A DNA stretch of 63,522 nucleotides, filler included, from 4 parts of 4 records of this genome joined end to end with filler, not necessarily neighbours in it, one strand, 5' to 3'. Shown: positions 30,073 to 40,219, numbered from the whole stretch's first letter. The notes: generated by a model not told the origin, from the sequence alone. Numbers and translations are program-made.

Positions 30073-30984
30073 ATGCACAACGTTCTGTTGGCCATTGATG
30101 GGTCGAACGCTTCGGAAGAAGCCGCCAAGTCTTTTGCTCGTATCCCACACTTTGACCCGGTTGATTTGACACTGGTGTCGGTTGTGCATCGACGATTTGT
30201 TCACGGTAGCTATTCGACCAATGAACTGATCGAAAAAGCGTATGAGCAAGATCGTATGAACGCTTTGCGAAGTCTGGATCGCATCGCTGAGCTGTTTGAC
30301 GGTGCGAACGTTCGCGTGCGATCGGAACTGATCGAAGGCGTCGTTGGCGAATCCATCGTGCAAAAAGCGAAAGATATCCGGGCTGATCTGGTGGTGGTGG
30401 GGGCAACCGGGCACTCGCAAATCAGCCGCATGTTGTTGGGAAGTATCAGCGACTTCGTTGCGACTCATTCACCGTGCAGCGTGTTGGTGGTGCGGCCCCA
30501 AGCCATTCCCAAACCATCCGCACCACTCAAGGTTTGCTTGGGTTACGAGGGCACCGGTCCCTGCCAAGCCGCGTTGGAAGAATTGAAAGAAAGTCCCTGG
30601 CGCGGGAAAACGGAGTTGCATGTCGTTTCGGTTGCCGCTTGTTTGAATGAGATGTACGCCGATTCGGACTGTGTTCAGCACTACAAGGATCAACTTGCCC
30701 AAGCAAAGGAACAGCTCGAAGAAGTGTCGGATTCTGTGACGACCCACTTCATCGAGGACATTCACTACGGCGAAGGCATCACGCGTTTTGTAGAAACTCA
30801 TGACATCAATCTCGTTGTCTTGGGTGAAACACCTCGATCGCAATTCAGTCGTTTTCTCTTGGGAAGCACATCTCAGTACGTGCTCAGACACGTTCCTTGC
30901 AGTGTGTGGATCACACGCAATCGAATGATTGAGGGATTGAAGGCGAAACAGTCCAAATCGAATTCACGCTCAGCGTTGAACTGA
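30073..30984 (+). CDS. Tandem-domain universal stress protein
   Basis: VLLAIDGS, DLVVVGATGHS...LLGSISDFV...PCSVLVV; second domain LLGSTSQYVLRHVPCSV. Confidence 0.92.
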   Translation: MHNVLLAIDGSNASEEAAKSFARIPHFDPVDLTLVSVVHRRFVHGSYSTNELIEKAYEQDRMNALRSLDRIAELFDGANVRVRSELIEGVVGESIVQKAKDIRADLVVVGATGHSQISRMLLGSISDFVATHSPCSVLVVRPQAIPKPSAPLKVCLGYEGTGPCQAALEELKESPWRGKTELHVVSVAACLNEMYADSDCVQHYKDQLAQAKEQLEEVSDSVTTHFIEDIHYGEGITRFVETHDINLVVLGETPRSQFSRFLLGSTSQYVLRHVPCSVWITRNRMIEGLKAKQSKSNSRSALN

Positions 30985-31120
30985 AGTCGTTTGCTTCGAT
31001 CAGCAATGAGTCATCGGTTGATGTCAATCGATCGTTGGCTTGGCGTTCAGAACGTAGCGTGAAAACGCTACGGAAATTGGCCATTGGGCGTTAGCGGGCT
31101 GTTGATTTAATGAGCCGTAC

Positions 31121-31220
31121 NNNNNNNNNNNNNNNNNNNNNNNNNNNNNNNNNNNNNNNNNNNNTTAATTAATTAANNNNNNNNNNNNNNNNNNNNNNNN
31201 NNNNNNNNNNNNNNNNNNNN
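31121..31220. other. Artificial contig spacer
   Basis: 44 N + TTAATTAATTAA (stops in all six frames) + 44 N; abrupt change in composition and gene content. Confidence 0.98.
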
Positions 31221-31843
31221 GTAGTACCTACAGAAACAGGCTCGCCAGTTCCTTCTTCTTCGATCACATAGTAAAGTCCACTTTCTGTTTTCTGAGCAGC
31301 TAGACCTTTTTCTTTGATGTAATCTTGAATGATTTTCTCTTCTTCTATTATTCTCTCTTTAGCTCTTTCACCTTTTTTCACGTCCTCAGCAGCCATCACT
31401 TTTTCAAAGTATGCCTGAATAGCTTCTTCGTTCATGATTTCAAATGCTCCCAAACGAACTTTTACGATATCTTCTTTATTCACTGTTGGAGGCGCATTTT
31501 CTCCATAAATATTTTTAATAGAAGTTTCGAAAGCAATACTATCTCCTTTGCGAAGGCTTAGGAAGATCTCATCCATACCCGTCTCAACTGGCATAGAATC
31601 ATTGGCCATTATATAGCCAGGGAAAGGATAATCTGCCGTGGAATAAATCACAGAATCAGATGCAGTAGTGATCTCAAGGTTGTAAAGTAAAAACTCACCG
31701 TTTGGAGCTTTTTCATTTCCTTCTTTTACATAGGTATATTCGATACCGTCTTTTTCAGTGACTTTAGTTTTTTTACATGAAGTCAAGATGCTCGCTCCAA
31801 CCAAGAGAGCAAGGATTGCCAAAAGGCTTTTTGAATTTTTCAT
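31221..31843 (-). CDS. FKBP-type peptidyl-prolyl isomerase lipoprotein (3' part lost at contig end)
   Basis: Lipobox ILTSC; KTESGLYYVIEEEGTG start of an FKBP domain; follows nrnA. Confidence 0.75.
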
Positions 31844-31890
31844 AAAGGATAAGTGATTTTTCAAGGTAATGTGGTGGTGTTCGAAGGTCA

Positions 31891-32934
31891 TCAATCTGCG
31901 GTAACGGGAACAGAACGGTATAAATCATCCTGATTCTCTTCCACTAAAGATTCGAATCGCTCTACGGTGTCTCTAAGACTTAATGTGGACTTGCCTCCTG
32001 AGGCATTTTTATGTCCACCTCCATCAAAGTATTCTGCTGCAAACTTATTCACAGCAACTTCACTGGATGATCTAAAGGAGATTTTAATACCGTCTTCGCG
32101 TTCCGAAAATAAGGCTGCCAACTTTATCCCGTCCAAAGATAAAGCATAATTGACCAAACCTTCGGTATCGCCTGTACGGCTTTGATATTTTTTAAGATCT
32201 TTTTTGCTGATCGCAAAATAGGCCATATGAAGATCTTCACAGACCACCAGACGACGACTGATAGCAAAACCGATAAATTTCAATCTATTCACCGAATTGG
32301 AATCGTAGATCCAATTGGCAATTTGGGAAGTGTCGGCACCTAAATCCAGCAATTCCGCGACCACAAGGTGCACGTTCTTAGTGGTGTTGGGATGTCTAAA
32401 TCCACCCGTATCGGTCATGATGCCTGCGTAAAGACACTCTGCGATGTCTTTGTCTAGAAGTTTCTCATCTCCTAGCTGTACGATCAGTTCATATACCAAT
32501 TCACAGGTAGCGGCGGCCTCTGTACTCCAAAACTTGAAGTCAGCAAAATCCTCCGGATCCTGATGGTGATCGATATTGATTACGAGTGCATCCGACTTGC
32601 GGATCATTTCGCCTAATTCATTGACCCTTTTTAAGACAGAGAAGTCCAAACAGAAAATAAGATCAGCTTCATTTAACTTTTGGGTGGCAATCTCTGTGTG
32701 CTTGGGATTACTGAAATCCAGCACAGAATCATTGCCTTTCATCCAATTAAGAAATGAAGGGTAATCCGTTGGCGTCACCACAGTTACCTCATGTCCCTTC
32801 TTGAGTAGGTAGTTAGCCATTCCCAATGAAGAACCCAATGCATCGGCATCGGGTTTGACGTGAGTGGTAATGAATATTTTTTTGGGTGAAGATATCTCTC
32901 TCTTAAACGAGGCTAAAGCTTCCATTTTATACAT
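31891..32934 (-). CDS. nrnA: DHH-family oligoribonuclease/PAP phosphatase NrnA
   Basis: THVKPDADALGS, NIDHH, GIMTDTGGF, SFRS, GGGHKNASG. Confidence 0.92.
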   Translation of the reverse strand: MYKMEALASFKREISSPKKIFITTHVKPDADALGSSLGMANYLLKKGHEVTVVTPTDYPSFLNWMKGNDSVLDFSNPKHTEIATQKLNEADLIFCLDFSVLKRVNELGEMIRKSDALVINIDHHQDPEDFADFKFWSTEAAATCELVYELIVQLGDEKLLDKDIAECLYAGIMTDTGGFRHPNTTKNVHLVVAELLDLGADTSQIANWIYDSNSVNRLKFIGFAISRRLVVCEDLHMAYFAISKKDLKKYQSRTGDTEGLVNYALSLDGIKLAALFSEREDGIKISFRSSSEVAVNKFAAEYFDGGGHKNASGGKSTLSLRDTVERFESLVEENQDDLYRSVPVTAD

Positions 32935-33109
32935 TTAGCTGCTTTTTGGCTCTTGTAGCTCGCAAAGGTCAGGAATTTTTTGACAATTCCCAATTATAGT
33001 AGTTGGCTGACAATGAAGGGGGTAGCTTATAATTACAGAAGTAAATGCAGAGAATGCTACTAAAAAGTCTATTTTTGCGCCCGATTTAAACCAATGAAAA
33101 ACGAATAAC

Positions 33110-33532
33110 ATGGCAACTAACAGAACATTCACCATGATCAAGCCTGATGCTTTTGCTGCAGGTAATTCAGGAGCGATTTTGAAAATGATCGAAGAAGCAG
33201 GCTTCAAAATCGTAGCCATGAAAGCTACTCAATTGACTCAAGCTATCGCAGGTAAATTCTACGAAGTTCACTCAGAAAGACCTTTCTACGCTGATCTATG
33301 TGCTTATATGTCTTCTGGACCTATCATCGCAGCTATCTTTGAGAAAGACAATGCAGTAGAAGATTTCAGAAAATTGATCGGCGCTACCAATCCTGCTGAT
33401 GCAGCTGAAGGTACTATCCGTAAGATCTTCGCTAAGTCTATCGAAGCAAATGCTGTACACGGTTCTGACTCAGACGAAAATGCAGCTATCGAAGGATCAT
33501 TCTACTTCTCTCAGACAGAAAGAGTAGGTTAA
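33110..33532 (+). CDS. ndk: Nucleoside-diphosphate kinase
   Basis: [28 protein letters not shown]; Bacteroidota -7 box TATTTTTG at 33070-33077. Confidence 0.98.
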   Translation: MATNRTFTMIKPDAFAAGNSGAILKMIEEAGFKIVAMKATQLTQAIAGKFYEVHSERPFYADLCAYMSSGPIIAAIFEKDNAVEDFRKLIGATNPADAAEGTIRKIFAKSIEANAVHGSDSDENAAIEGSFYFSQTERVG

Positions 33533-33554
33533 TTCTAACACAAAAATAATTTTG

Positions 33555-33585
33555 AAAGCACTCCGTCATGGAGTGCTTTTTTTTT
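33555..33585 (+). terminator. Rho-independent terminator of ndk
   Basis: AAAGCACTCC-GTCAT-GGAGTGCTTT followed by a T-run. Confidence 0.9.
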
Positions 33586-33989
33586 GTTTAGAGTGAATTT
33601 GAAAATGACCAGATACTTCATGGTATAACCACGATGCACACAGTGGGCGACACGTAGATCGAAACGTAGCGTTATCCTGCTTCTCGAGAATGCCCTTTTT
33701 ATTGTAGTCTCCTGACTGCCTCACTATCCGAAGAAGCCTCTTCCTCCAAGATTTGTGAAGCCAAATTCAAGATAGATTTATCTAATAGCTGATAACACAA
33801 TTAAGACAACGGTCTGAATTCACTCAGTCTTCCCCTTATTACGTATGCTTGACACTTAGTAGAGTAAAAAATACGTACTAGGTATTTGAAATTTTAATAA
33901 AGCATCCATTTGACTGTAAATGGATGCTTTATTACTTTTTAAGCTGCTTTAAAATACTTATTATAAGTAAGTATTTATCTACTGTTTTC

Positions 33990-34019
33990 TTTGTAATTAC
34001 GTATTTATACTTATATTTG
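33990..34019 (+). promoter_or_regulatory. nirB promoter: Bacteroidota -33/-7 elements overlapping a TACGTA operator box
   Basis: TTTG at 33990 and TATATTTG (TAnnTTTG) at 34012-34019; 33990-34013 is identical to 40169-40192. Confidence 0.7.
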
Positions 34020-34038
34020 GATTCTAAATTACGTAGCC

Positions 34039-36549
34039 ATGAAGAAAGTTATTGTCATAGGAAATGGAATGGTAGGGTATAAGTTTTGCGAAAAACTAGC
34101 TGCTCACCCTCTTCGTGATCAATTTGAGGTGGTAGTCTTCGGAGAAGAATTCAGACCAGCTTATGATCGTGTTCATCTAAGTGAATACTTCACGTTGGAT
34201 TCTGCGGATAAGCTACTTTTGGCTTCCCGTAACTGGTATGCCGAGAATAACATCACGCTTCGCACGGGAGAGATGATCACTTCCATCGAGACGGAAACTA
34301 AGCGGGTTTTCACGCATAAGCATGACTATTTCGAATATGACTACCTGATTTTGGCTACAGGTTCAGCTCCTTTTGTCCCTAGTATCAAAGGCGTGGACAA
34401 GCCGGGTGTATTTGTCTATAGGACTATCGAAGATCTTGATGCAATCAAAGACTACGCAGACAAACTCAAGCAGGAAGGCAAATTCAAGGCCTCTGTCTTA
34501 GGTGGCGGATTGCTTGGTTTGGAAGCTGCAAATGCTGCCAAAGAGCTCGGGTTGCAAACTGATGTAATCGAATTCGCACCACGATTGATGCCACGTCAAC
34601 TGGACAAAGCTGCCAGTGACATGCTTCAAAGCAAGATCGAGAGCCTCGGAATGAAAATTCACTTGGGTAAAAACTCCAAGGAAATCGTGGGAGAAGCAGG
34701 TATAGAAAAAATTGACTTCACTGACGAAACTTCCCTCCAAACTGACATGCTGATCATTTCCGCAGGTATTCGTCCTAGAGACGAATTGGCTGTGAAATGT
34801 GGCTTACGAACTGGCGAGCGGGGTGGAGTCTATGTAAATAATAAAATGGAAACCTCTGATCAGGCGATTTATGCCATCGGAGAAGTAGCACTATATAATA
34901 ATGGCATCTACGGATTGGTCGCTCCTGGATATGAGATGGCCGGTGTCGCTGTAGATCAAATTGCCGGTGGAGAAAAACTCATGAGTCCTTCCATCGATAT
35001 GTCCACCCAATTGAAGTTGGTGGGTACGGAAGTGGCATCATTTGGAGATCCTTTTATCGAAAATGATGAAATAACCGCGATTGTTTATGAAAATAAGCAG
35101 CGTGGAGTTTACAAGAGAATCAACATCGCCAAAGATGGTTCGAAGCTACTAGGCGGAATCATGGTCGGTGATTCTTCAGATTACAATACGCTTTTTCAGT
35201 TGTACATAAATGCGATGAAGCTTCCTGAAAATCCGGAAGATTTGATCTTGGGTTCCAGAGGTGGAGAGAGCAAAAGTGCATTGGGTTCTGTGCTGGATTT
35301 GCCAGATACAGCTCAGATTTGCTCTTGCGAAGCAGTATCTAAAGGAACGATCTGCGACTCCATCACAAGTGGCGCTTGTTGCACTTTCTCAGATGTGGTA
35401 AAAAGCACCAAAGCTTCTAGTTCCTGTGGTGGATGTAAGCCTATGGTGACAGATTTGGTTACGGCCACTTTGAAATCCATGGGACGAGAAGTGAAAGAAA
35501 CTATCTGCGAACACTTCGAGTACAGCCGTCAGGAAATGTACGATTTGGTAAAGTTGCACAGCATTATGGATTTTGATGAAGCACTGGATCGTCACGGCAA
35601 AGGTCATGGCTGTGAAATGTGCAAGCCAGTTTTGGCTTCGATTTTCGCTAGTATTTATATGGAAACGGCCAATCGTCAGGCTCCTATTCAGGATTCGAAC
35701 GATAGATTTTTGGCCAATATTCAGAGAAACGGTACCTATTCTGTAGTACCAAGAGTTCCGGGAGGAGAGATTACTCCGGACAAATTAATGGTTTTGGGAC
35801 AAGTGGCGAAGAAATACGATCTCTATACCAAAATCACCGGTGGTCAGAGAATTGACCTTTTTGGAGCTCAGCTGCATGAATTACCATTGATTTGGAAGGA
35901 ACTCATCGATGCTGGTTTCGAAAGTGGACATGCCTACGGCAAATCACTGAGAACAGTAAAAAGCTGTGTGGGATCTACCTGGTGCCGCTTTGGATTGCAC
36001 GATAGTGTAAGCTTTGCCATCAGAATTGAAGATCGATACAAAGGACTTCGTTCCCCTCACAAACTAAAAGGTGGCGTATCTGGCTGTATTCGCGAGTGTG
36101 CTGAAGCCAGAGGAAAGGACTTCGGGGTCATCGCAGTCGAAGGCGGTTGGAACCTCTTTGTCTGTGGAAATGGCGGAGCTACTCCGAAGCACGCGATACT
36201 TTTGGCAGAAAAACTAGACGACGATACCTGCATCAAATACCTAGATAGATTCTTGGTTTATTATATCAGAACAGCCGCTCCACTTCAGCGCACCGCGCCT
36301 TGGCTGGACAAGCTGGAAGGTGGAATAGAATATTTGAAAAAAGTAGTGGTAGAAGATAGCCTCGAAATAGCCGAAGAACTGGAAGCTGAGATGGAGGAGC
36401 TGGTAAACCAGTACGCATGTGAGTGGAAAGAAGCTATCGAGGATCCTCAGATGATGAAGAGATTTAAGCCATTTGTCAATTCAGAAGAGACAGATGAAAG
36501 CTTGGTATTCGTGCCGATGCGAGATCAAAAAATGCCTAGACCTTGGTAA
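34039..36549 (+). CDS. nirB: NAD(P)H nitrite reductase large subunit
   Basis: IGNGMVG, YDRVHLS, GGGLLGLEAA, ICSC..CGGC, CEHF..GCEMCKP, NIQRNGTYSVVPR, KSCVGSTWC, SGCIRECAEA. Confidence 0.97.
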   Translation: MKKVIVIGNGMVGYKFCEKLAAHPLRDQFEVVVFGEEFRPAYDRVHLSEYFTLDSADKLLLASRNWYAENNITLRTGEMITSIETETKRVFTHKHDYFEYDYLILATGSAPFVPSIKGVDKPGVFVYRTIEDLDAIKDYADKLKQEGKFKASVLGGGLLGLEAANAAKELGLQTDVIEFAPRLMPRQLDKAASDMLQSKIESLGMKIHLGKNSKEIVGEAGIEKIDFTDETSLQTDMLIISAGIRPRDELAVKCGLRTGERGGVYVNNKMETSDQAIYAIGEVALYNNGIYGLVAPGYEMAGVAVDQIAGGEKLMSPSIDMSTQLKLVGTEVASFGDPFIENDEITAIVYENKQRGVYKRINIAKDGSKLLGGIMVGDSSDYNTLFQLYINAMKLPENPEDLILGSRGGESKSALGSVLDLPDTAQICSCEAVSKGTICDSITSGACCTFSDVVKSTKASSSCGGCKPMVTDLVTATLKSMGREVKETICEHFEYSRQEMYDLVKLHSIMDFDEALDRHGKGHGCEMCKPVLASIFASIYMETANRQAPIQDSNDRFLANIQRNGTYSVVPRVPGGEITPDKLMVLGQVAKKYDLYTKITGGQRIDLFGAQLHELPLIWKELIDAGFESGHAYGKSLRTVKSCVGSTWCRFGLHDSVSFAIRIEDRYKGLRSPHKLKGGVSGCIRECAEARGKDFGVIAVEGGWNLFVCGNGGATPKHAILLAEKLDDDTCIKYLDRFLVYYIRTAAPLQRTAPWLDKLEGGIEYLKKVVVEDSLEIAEELEAEMEELVNQYACEWKEAIEDPQMMKRFKPFVNSEETDESLVFVPMRDQKMPRPW

Positions 36550-36567
36550 TCCAATAAGAAAAAGATC

Positions 36568-36945
36568 ATGGAAGAATTATTAAAAAACTATCAATCCGTA
36601 GCAGATCAGCACGCTATTCATTGGATCAAAGTAGGTCAGACAGGAGACTTTCCGGAGAATGCGGGAGCCTGTGTGAAATACAACTCCAAGCAAATTGCAG
36701 TTTACTATTTCACCAGAACGAACTCCTGGTATGCCTGTCAGAATCTTTGCCCACACAAGATGGAAATGGTTCTTTCGCGTGGCATGACTGGCGATTCGCA
36801 GGGAATTCCAAAAGTGGCTTGTCCGCTTCATAAGAAGACCTTTTCGCTGGAAGATGGCAGCAATTTGAACGGCGAAGATTATAGTATTGCGACCTATCCG
36901 GTCAGGATTCAGGAGGGAAATGTATATATTGGATTCGTAGATTAA
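36568..36945 (+). CDS. nirD: Nitrite reductase small subunit (Rieske-like)
   Basis: NLCPH, VLSRG, VACPLHKKTF; follows nirB. Confidence 0.93.
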   Translation: MEELLKNYQSVADQHAIHWIKVGQTGDFPENAGACVKYNSKQIAVYYFTRTNSWYACQNLCPHKMEMVLSRGMTGDSQGIPKVACPLHKKTFSLEDGSNLNGEDYSIATYPVRIQEGNVYIGFVD

Positions 36946-36957
36946 TCCAATTGACAC

Positions 36958-37536
36958 ATGAACAAATTCCAGAAAGCAATCTCATTGATCGATGAGATCA
37001 ATGCGGAAGACCCCATCAAAGAAGTAGTATTGGGAAAAGTGATTGCAAAAGAACTGTTGTATTCCATTCGTATGACCGAAAAACTCGATCAATTCGATCC
37101 TGAATCTTCCGAAGCTATGCAGCTCGCCGTGAGGGCACAACATATCGGAAGATGGAAGATTCCGAGATCAGATTACCCGATGGATAGAGTGGGCTACCTC
37201 AAGTGGAGAGAAGAATTGAAGAAGATGCATGCCGATATGGCTGCGGGGATTCTACAGGAAGTTGGCTACGATGAGGAGACTATTGAAAGGGTAAAATTCC
37301 TGATCAGAAAGAAGCAGTTGAAGACTGATCCTGACACACAAACCATGGAAGATGTCATTTGCCTGGTTTTCTTGGAATATTATTTCGAAGAATTCGCTGC
37401 CAAACATGAGTCTGCCAAAGTCATTGATATCCTTCAAAAAACCTGGGCAAAAATGTCTGAAAAAGGACATAGAGCCGCTTTACAATTACCATTTTCACCT
37501 TCAAGCCTCGAATTAGTCAAAGAAGCTATTACCTAA
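36958..37536 (+). CDS. DUF4202 family protein
   Basis: NAEDP, ELLYSIRM, RAQHIGRW.IPRSDYP...GYLKWR, EDVICLVFL, KTWAKMS. Confidence 0.82.
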   Translation: MNKFQKAISLIDEINAEDPIKEVVLGKVIAKELLYSIRMTEKLDQFDPESSEAMQLAVRAQHIGRWKIPRSDYPMDRVGYLKWREELKKMHADMAAGILQEVGYDEETIERVKFLIRKKQLKTDPDTQTMEDVICLVFLEYYFEEFAAKHESAKVIDILQKTWAKMSEKGHRAALQLPFSPSSLELVKEAIT

Positions 37537-37540
37537 ACAA

Positions 37541-39352
37541 ATGACTGGTACACCGCGATCGCTGGATCAAGATACTTTTAATCGTCTCCGCCGCCTCTAC
37601 ATTATTGCTTTGGGAGCAATTGCCATCTCCTTGATCGCAAGCCAGATTCTCATCAGAAAATACCTGAATGATCAGGAAAACGACAGTCGTCTGGTCAATG
37701 TGGCGGGCAGGCAGAGAATGTTGAGTCAAAAGCTGAACAAGGAAGTGCTTTTGCTGTCGCAAAGCCAATCTTCTGAAGATTCAAAAGGGCAGATAGACAC
37801 AATTCAATCCACGCTGAATCGCTGGGAAAAAGCACATCAGCTTTTACAGTTGGGAGATGAATCACAGGATTTCAGTGTAGACAATAGCTCCGAAATCACG
37901 GGTATGTTTGAGGGAATCAATCCAGATTTCAAACAAGTGATTGATGCGACGCAGAACTTCATTTTTCTCAAATCCAGTACTTCTGAGGATTCTTCTGCTA
38001 TATGGGAGCAATTGAAAATCATTGAAACCAACGCAACTAGCTTTCTGATCAAAATGGACGAGATCGTGAATCAATACGATCACGAAGCCAAGGAGAAAGT
38101 CTCAAGCTTAAAGCAACTGGAATTGCTCATAACGATCTTCACATTGCTGGTCTTAGTCGGTGAGTTTTTGATCATCTTTTGGCCATCGGCCAAAGCCATG
38201 AAAGCAAGTATTCATCAGCTAATGGATGCAGAGGAAAAAGCAATTCGAATGGCCAAGAATGCAGATATACTCAGTCAGTCAAAGGAAAAATCAGTACGGG
38301 AACTACAAGCGCTTAGCAAAGCGATGGATCAGATTCTGCTTTTTGCGAGGATCACGCCAGAAGGCTACATCACACATATAGGTGAGCGCTTCAGCAGGCT
38401 TTACAAAGCACAGAAATTCAACATCAATGCGAAGATCTCTGATTTGCTCTCTCCCTTGGAAAATGAGCAGCTCACGATAGATCGCATCATTGCCGAAAAC
38501 AAAAAATCTGGTTGGGAAGGTGAGTTCAAAACAACCTCTCAAACTGGTGAAGAAATTTGGCTGGATGTGTCCATGATTCCTTTCAATTCTGCTGAGGATA
38601 AATCAGAGTTGATCTTGATTTGCATGGATATCACCAAGCGCAAGGAGTATATGCATCAGGTGGAGCAGCTGACTAAGGAGAGTTTTGAGGAGAAAATGCA
38701 TCAGCAGAAAGTGATATCAAGGCAAATCATCGAGAACCAAGAGAATGAGCAAAACCGCATTGCAAAGGATATTCACGACGGCATTGGGCAAATGCTCACT
38801 GGATTGAAATATTTATTGGAAAGTGTAGACTCGTCTGATCCGGAAAAAGCCGAAGTGAAGATTATCAAGCTCAAAGAACTCACTTCAAATATCATCAAGG
38901 GAGTGCGAACTGCCACCTTTAATCTTACGCCTCCGGAATTGAAGGATTACGGAATTGTGCCAGCGCTGACAGAATTGACGCAGGAGCTTTCCAAACTTAC
39001 TGGAAAAGAAATAGTGCTTTTCAATAAGTCAGAGTTCTCACAGCGATTGGATTCTTTGGTGGAAATCAATCTGTACCGGATCACGCAGGAAGCGATAAAC
39101 AATGCGATTAAATATGCAGAATCCTCGCATATCATTGTCACTGTCTCGCATAGTCAGAATATTTTGAGCATCATCGTGGATGACAATGGAAAAGGTTTTG
39201 ACAAATCGAAACTGAAAGCTAAACCAGACGAGGAAGGCGGAATGGGACTCACATTTATGAAAGAACGGGTGAAATATATCAACGGAAGATTGTTCATTAA
39301 TTCCACACCAAACGAAGGTACTAAAGTCACGCTCAACATTCCTTTGACGTAG
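37541..39352 (+). CDS. NarX/NarQ-like nitrate sensor histidine kinase (PilJ-type sensor, PAS, HisKA_3)
   Basis: Two TM helices around a P-box-like VNVAGRQRMLSQ; PAS/PAC (WEGEF..WLD..DIT); RIAKDIHDGIGQML; QEAINNAIKY, DDNGKGF, GMGL. Confidence 0.9.
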   Translation: MTGTPRSLDQDTFNRLRRLYIIALGAIAISLIASQILIRKYLNDQENDSRLVNVAGRQRMLSQKLNKEVLLLSQSQSSEDSKGQIDTIQSTLNRWEKAHQLLQLGDESQDFSVDNSSEITGMFEGINPDFKQVIDATQNFIFLKSSTSEDSSAIWEQLKIIETNATSFLIKMDEIVNQYDHEAKEKVSSLKQLELLITIFTLLVLVGEFLIIFWPSAKAMKASIHQLMDAEEKAIRMAKNADILSQSKEKSVRELQALSKAMDQILLFARITPEGYITHIGERFSRLYKAQKFNINAKISDLLSPLENEQLTIDRIIAENKKSGWEGEFKTTSQTGEEIWLDVSMIPFNSAEDKSELILICMDITKRKEYMHQVEQLTKESFEEKMHQQKVISRQIIENQENEQNRIAKDIHDGIGQMLTGLKYLLESVDSSDPEKAEVKIIKLKELTSNIIKGVRTATFNLTPPELKDYGIVPALTELTQELSKLTGKEIVLFNKSEFSQRLDSLVEINLYRITQEAINNAIKYAESSHIIVTVSHSQNILSIIVDDNGKGFDKSKLKAKPDEEGGMGLTFMKERVKYINGRLFINSTPNEGTKVTLNIPLT

Positions 39353-39411
39353 ATTTCCTAGATTTTTATACGTAAATTCTGTTACTTTACTACGTATTTA
39401 CTTAAGCGCAT

Positions 39412-40074
39412 ATGAACCCAATCAAGATAGTTTTAGCCGATGACCACGAATTAGTACGTGATGGGATTAAGTCCCTGCTTGAAAGTGAAAAGGAGTTTCA
39501 TGTAATCGATGAGGCATCTGATGGAGTGGAAGCGTTAGAAGTGGTCGCGCTGCAAAATCCAGATTTACTGATTGTGGACATTCGAATGCCTAAAATGAAT
39601 GGTCTGGAAGTGGTGAAGGAAATGACCAAATCATTTCCACATATCAAAAAGCTCGTCCTTTCAATGCATGATTCGGAAGAGTATGTAGTGGAGGCCGTGG
39701 AAGCTGGAGCCGATGGATATTTGCTCAAAGGGTCCTCGAAAAGTGAGTTTTTGAAGGCTTTACATACCATAGCCGGTGGCGGGAAGTTTTTTGCTGGAGA
39801 TGTATCTGCTTATATCATCAATAATTTTGTCAACGGAAAAGCCAAGTCTTCATCCAAATCAGAAGTGCTTCCAGAAGAATTGGCGAATCTAACTAATCGA
39901 GAAAAGCAGATACTCGAACTTATCCTAGAAGGGAAAGGAAATAATGAAATCGCTGATGCGCTGGATATCAGCAAGAGAACAGCGGAAGTACATCGGTTTA
40001 ATTTGATGAAAAAAATGAATGTCAAGAATTTGGCAGAGCTAACCACAAAATCAAGAGATTTAAATCTGATCTAA
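39412..40074 (+). CDS. NarL/FixJ-family response regulator (REC + LuxR HTH)
   Basis: LADDHELVRDG, DIRMP, LSMH, GYLLK, LTNREKQIL...IADALDISKRTAEVHR. Confidence 0.93.
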   Translation: MNPIKIVLADDHELVRDGIKSLLESEKEFHVIDEASDGVEALEVVALQNPDLLIVDIRMPKMNGLEVVKEMTKSFPHIKKLVLSMHDSEEYVVEAVEAGADGYLLKGSSKSEFLKALHTIAGGGKFFAGDVSAYIINNFVNGKAKSSSKSEVLPEELANLTNREKQILELILEGKGNNEIADALDISKRTAEVHRFNLMKKMNVKNLAELTTKSRDLNLI

Positions 40075-40104
40075 TAGAGATACTAAATTTTATAAGTAGT
40101 CAAC

Positions 40105-40144
40105 AATCCATTTAGAGCCAATCTAAATGGATTTTTTATTTTTT
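40105..40144 (+). terminator. Probable intrinsic terminator after the response regulator
   Basis: AATCCATTTAGA-GCCAA-TCTAAATGGATT followed by a T-rich run. Confidence 0.7.
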
Positions 40145-40168
40145 ACTTAAATTTAATACGTATTACGT

Positions 40169-40192
40169 TTTGTAATTACGTATTTATACTTA
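40169..40192 (+). promoter_or_regulatory. narK promoter box identical to the nirB box
   Basis: TTTGTAATTACGTATTTATACTTA, an exact copy of 33990-34013. Confidence 0.7.
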
Positions 40193-40219
40193 CTTTTATC
40201 CTACTTAAAAATAAGTATT

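Noticed and set aside
31053-31120. IS end or REP element at the contig end (CGTAGCGT-GAAA-ACGCTACG and following bases)
   Set aside because: The hairpin is real, but the element is cut by the gap and no transposase is visible
31165-31176. TTAATTAATTAA repeated three times in the window as a biological repeat or att site
   Set aside because: Always centred in 44+44 N; it is a six-frame stop linker
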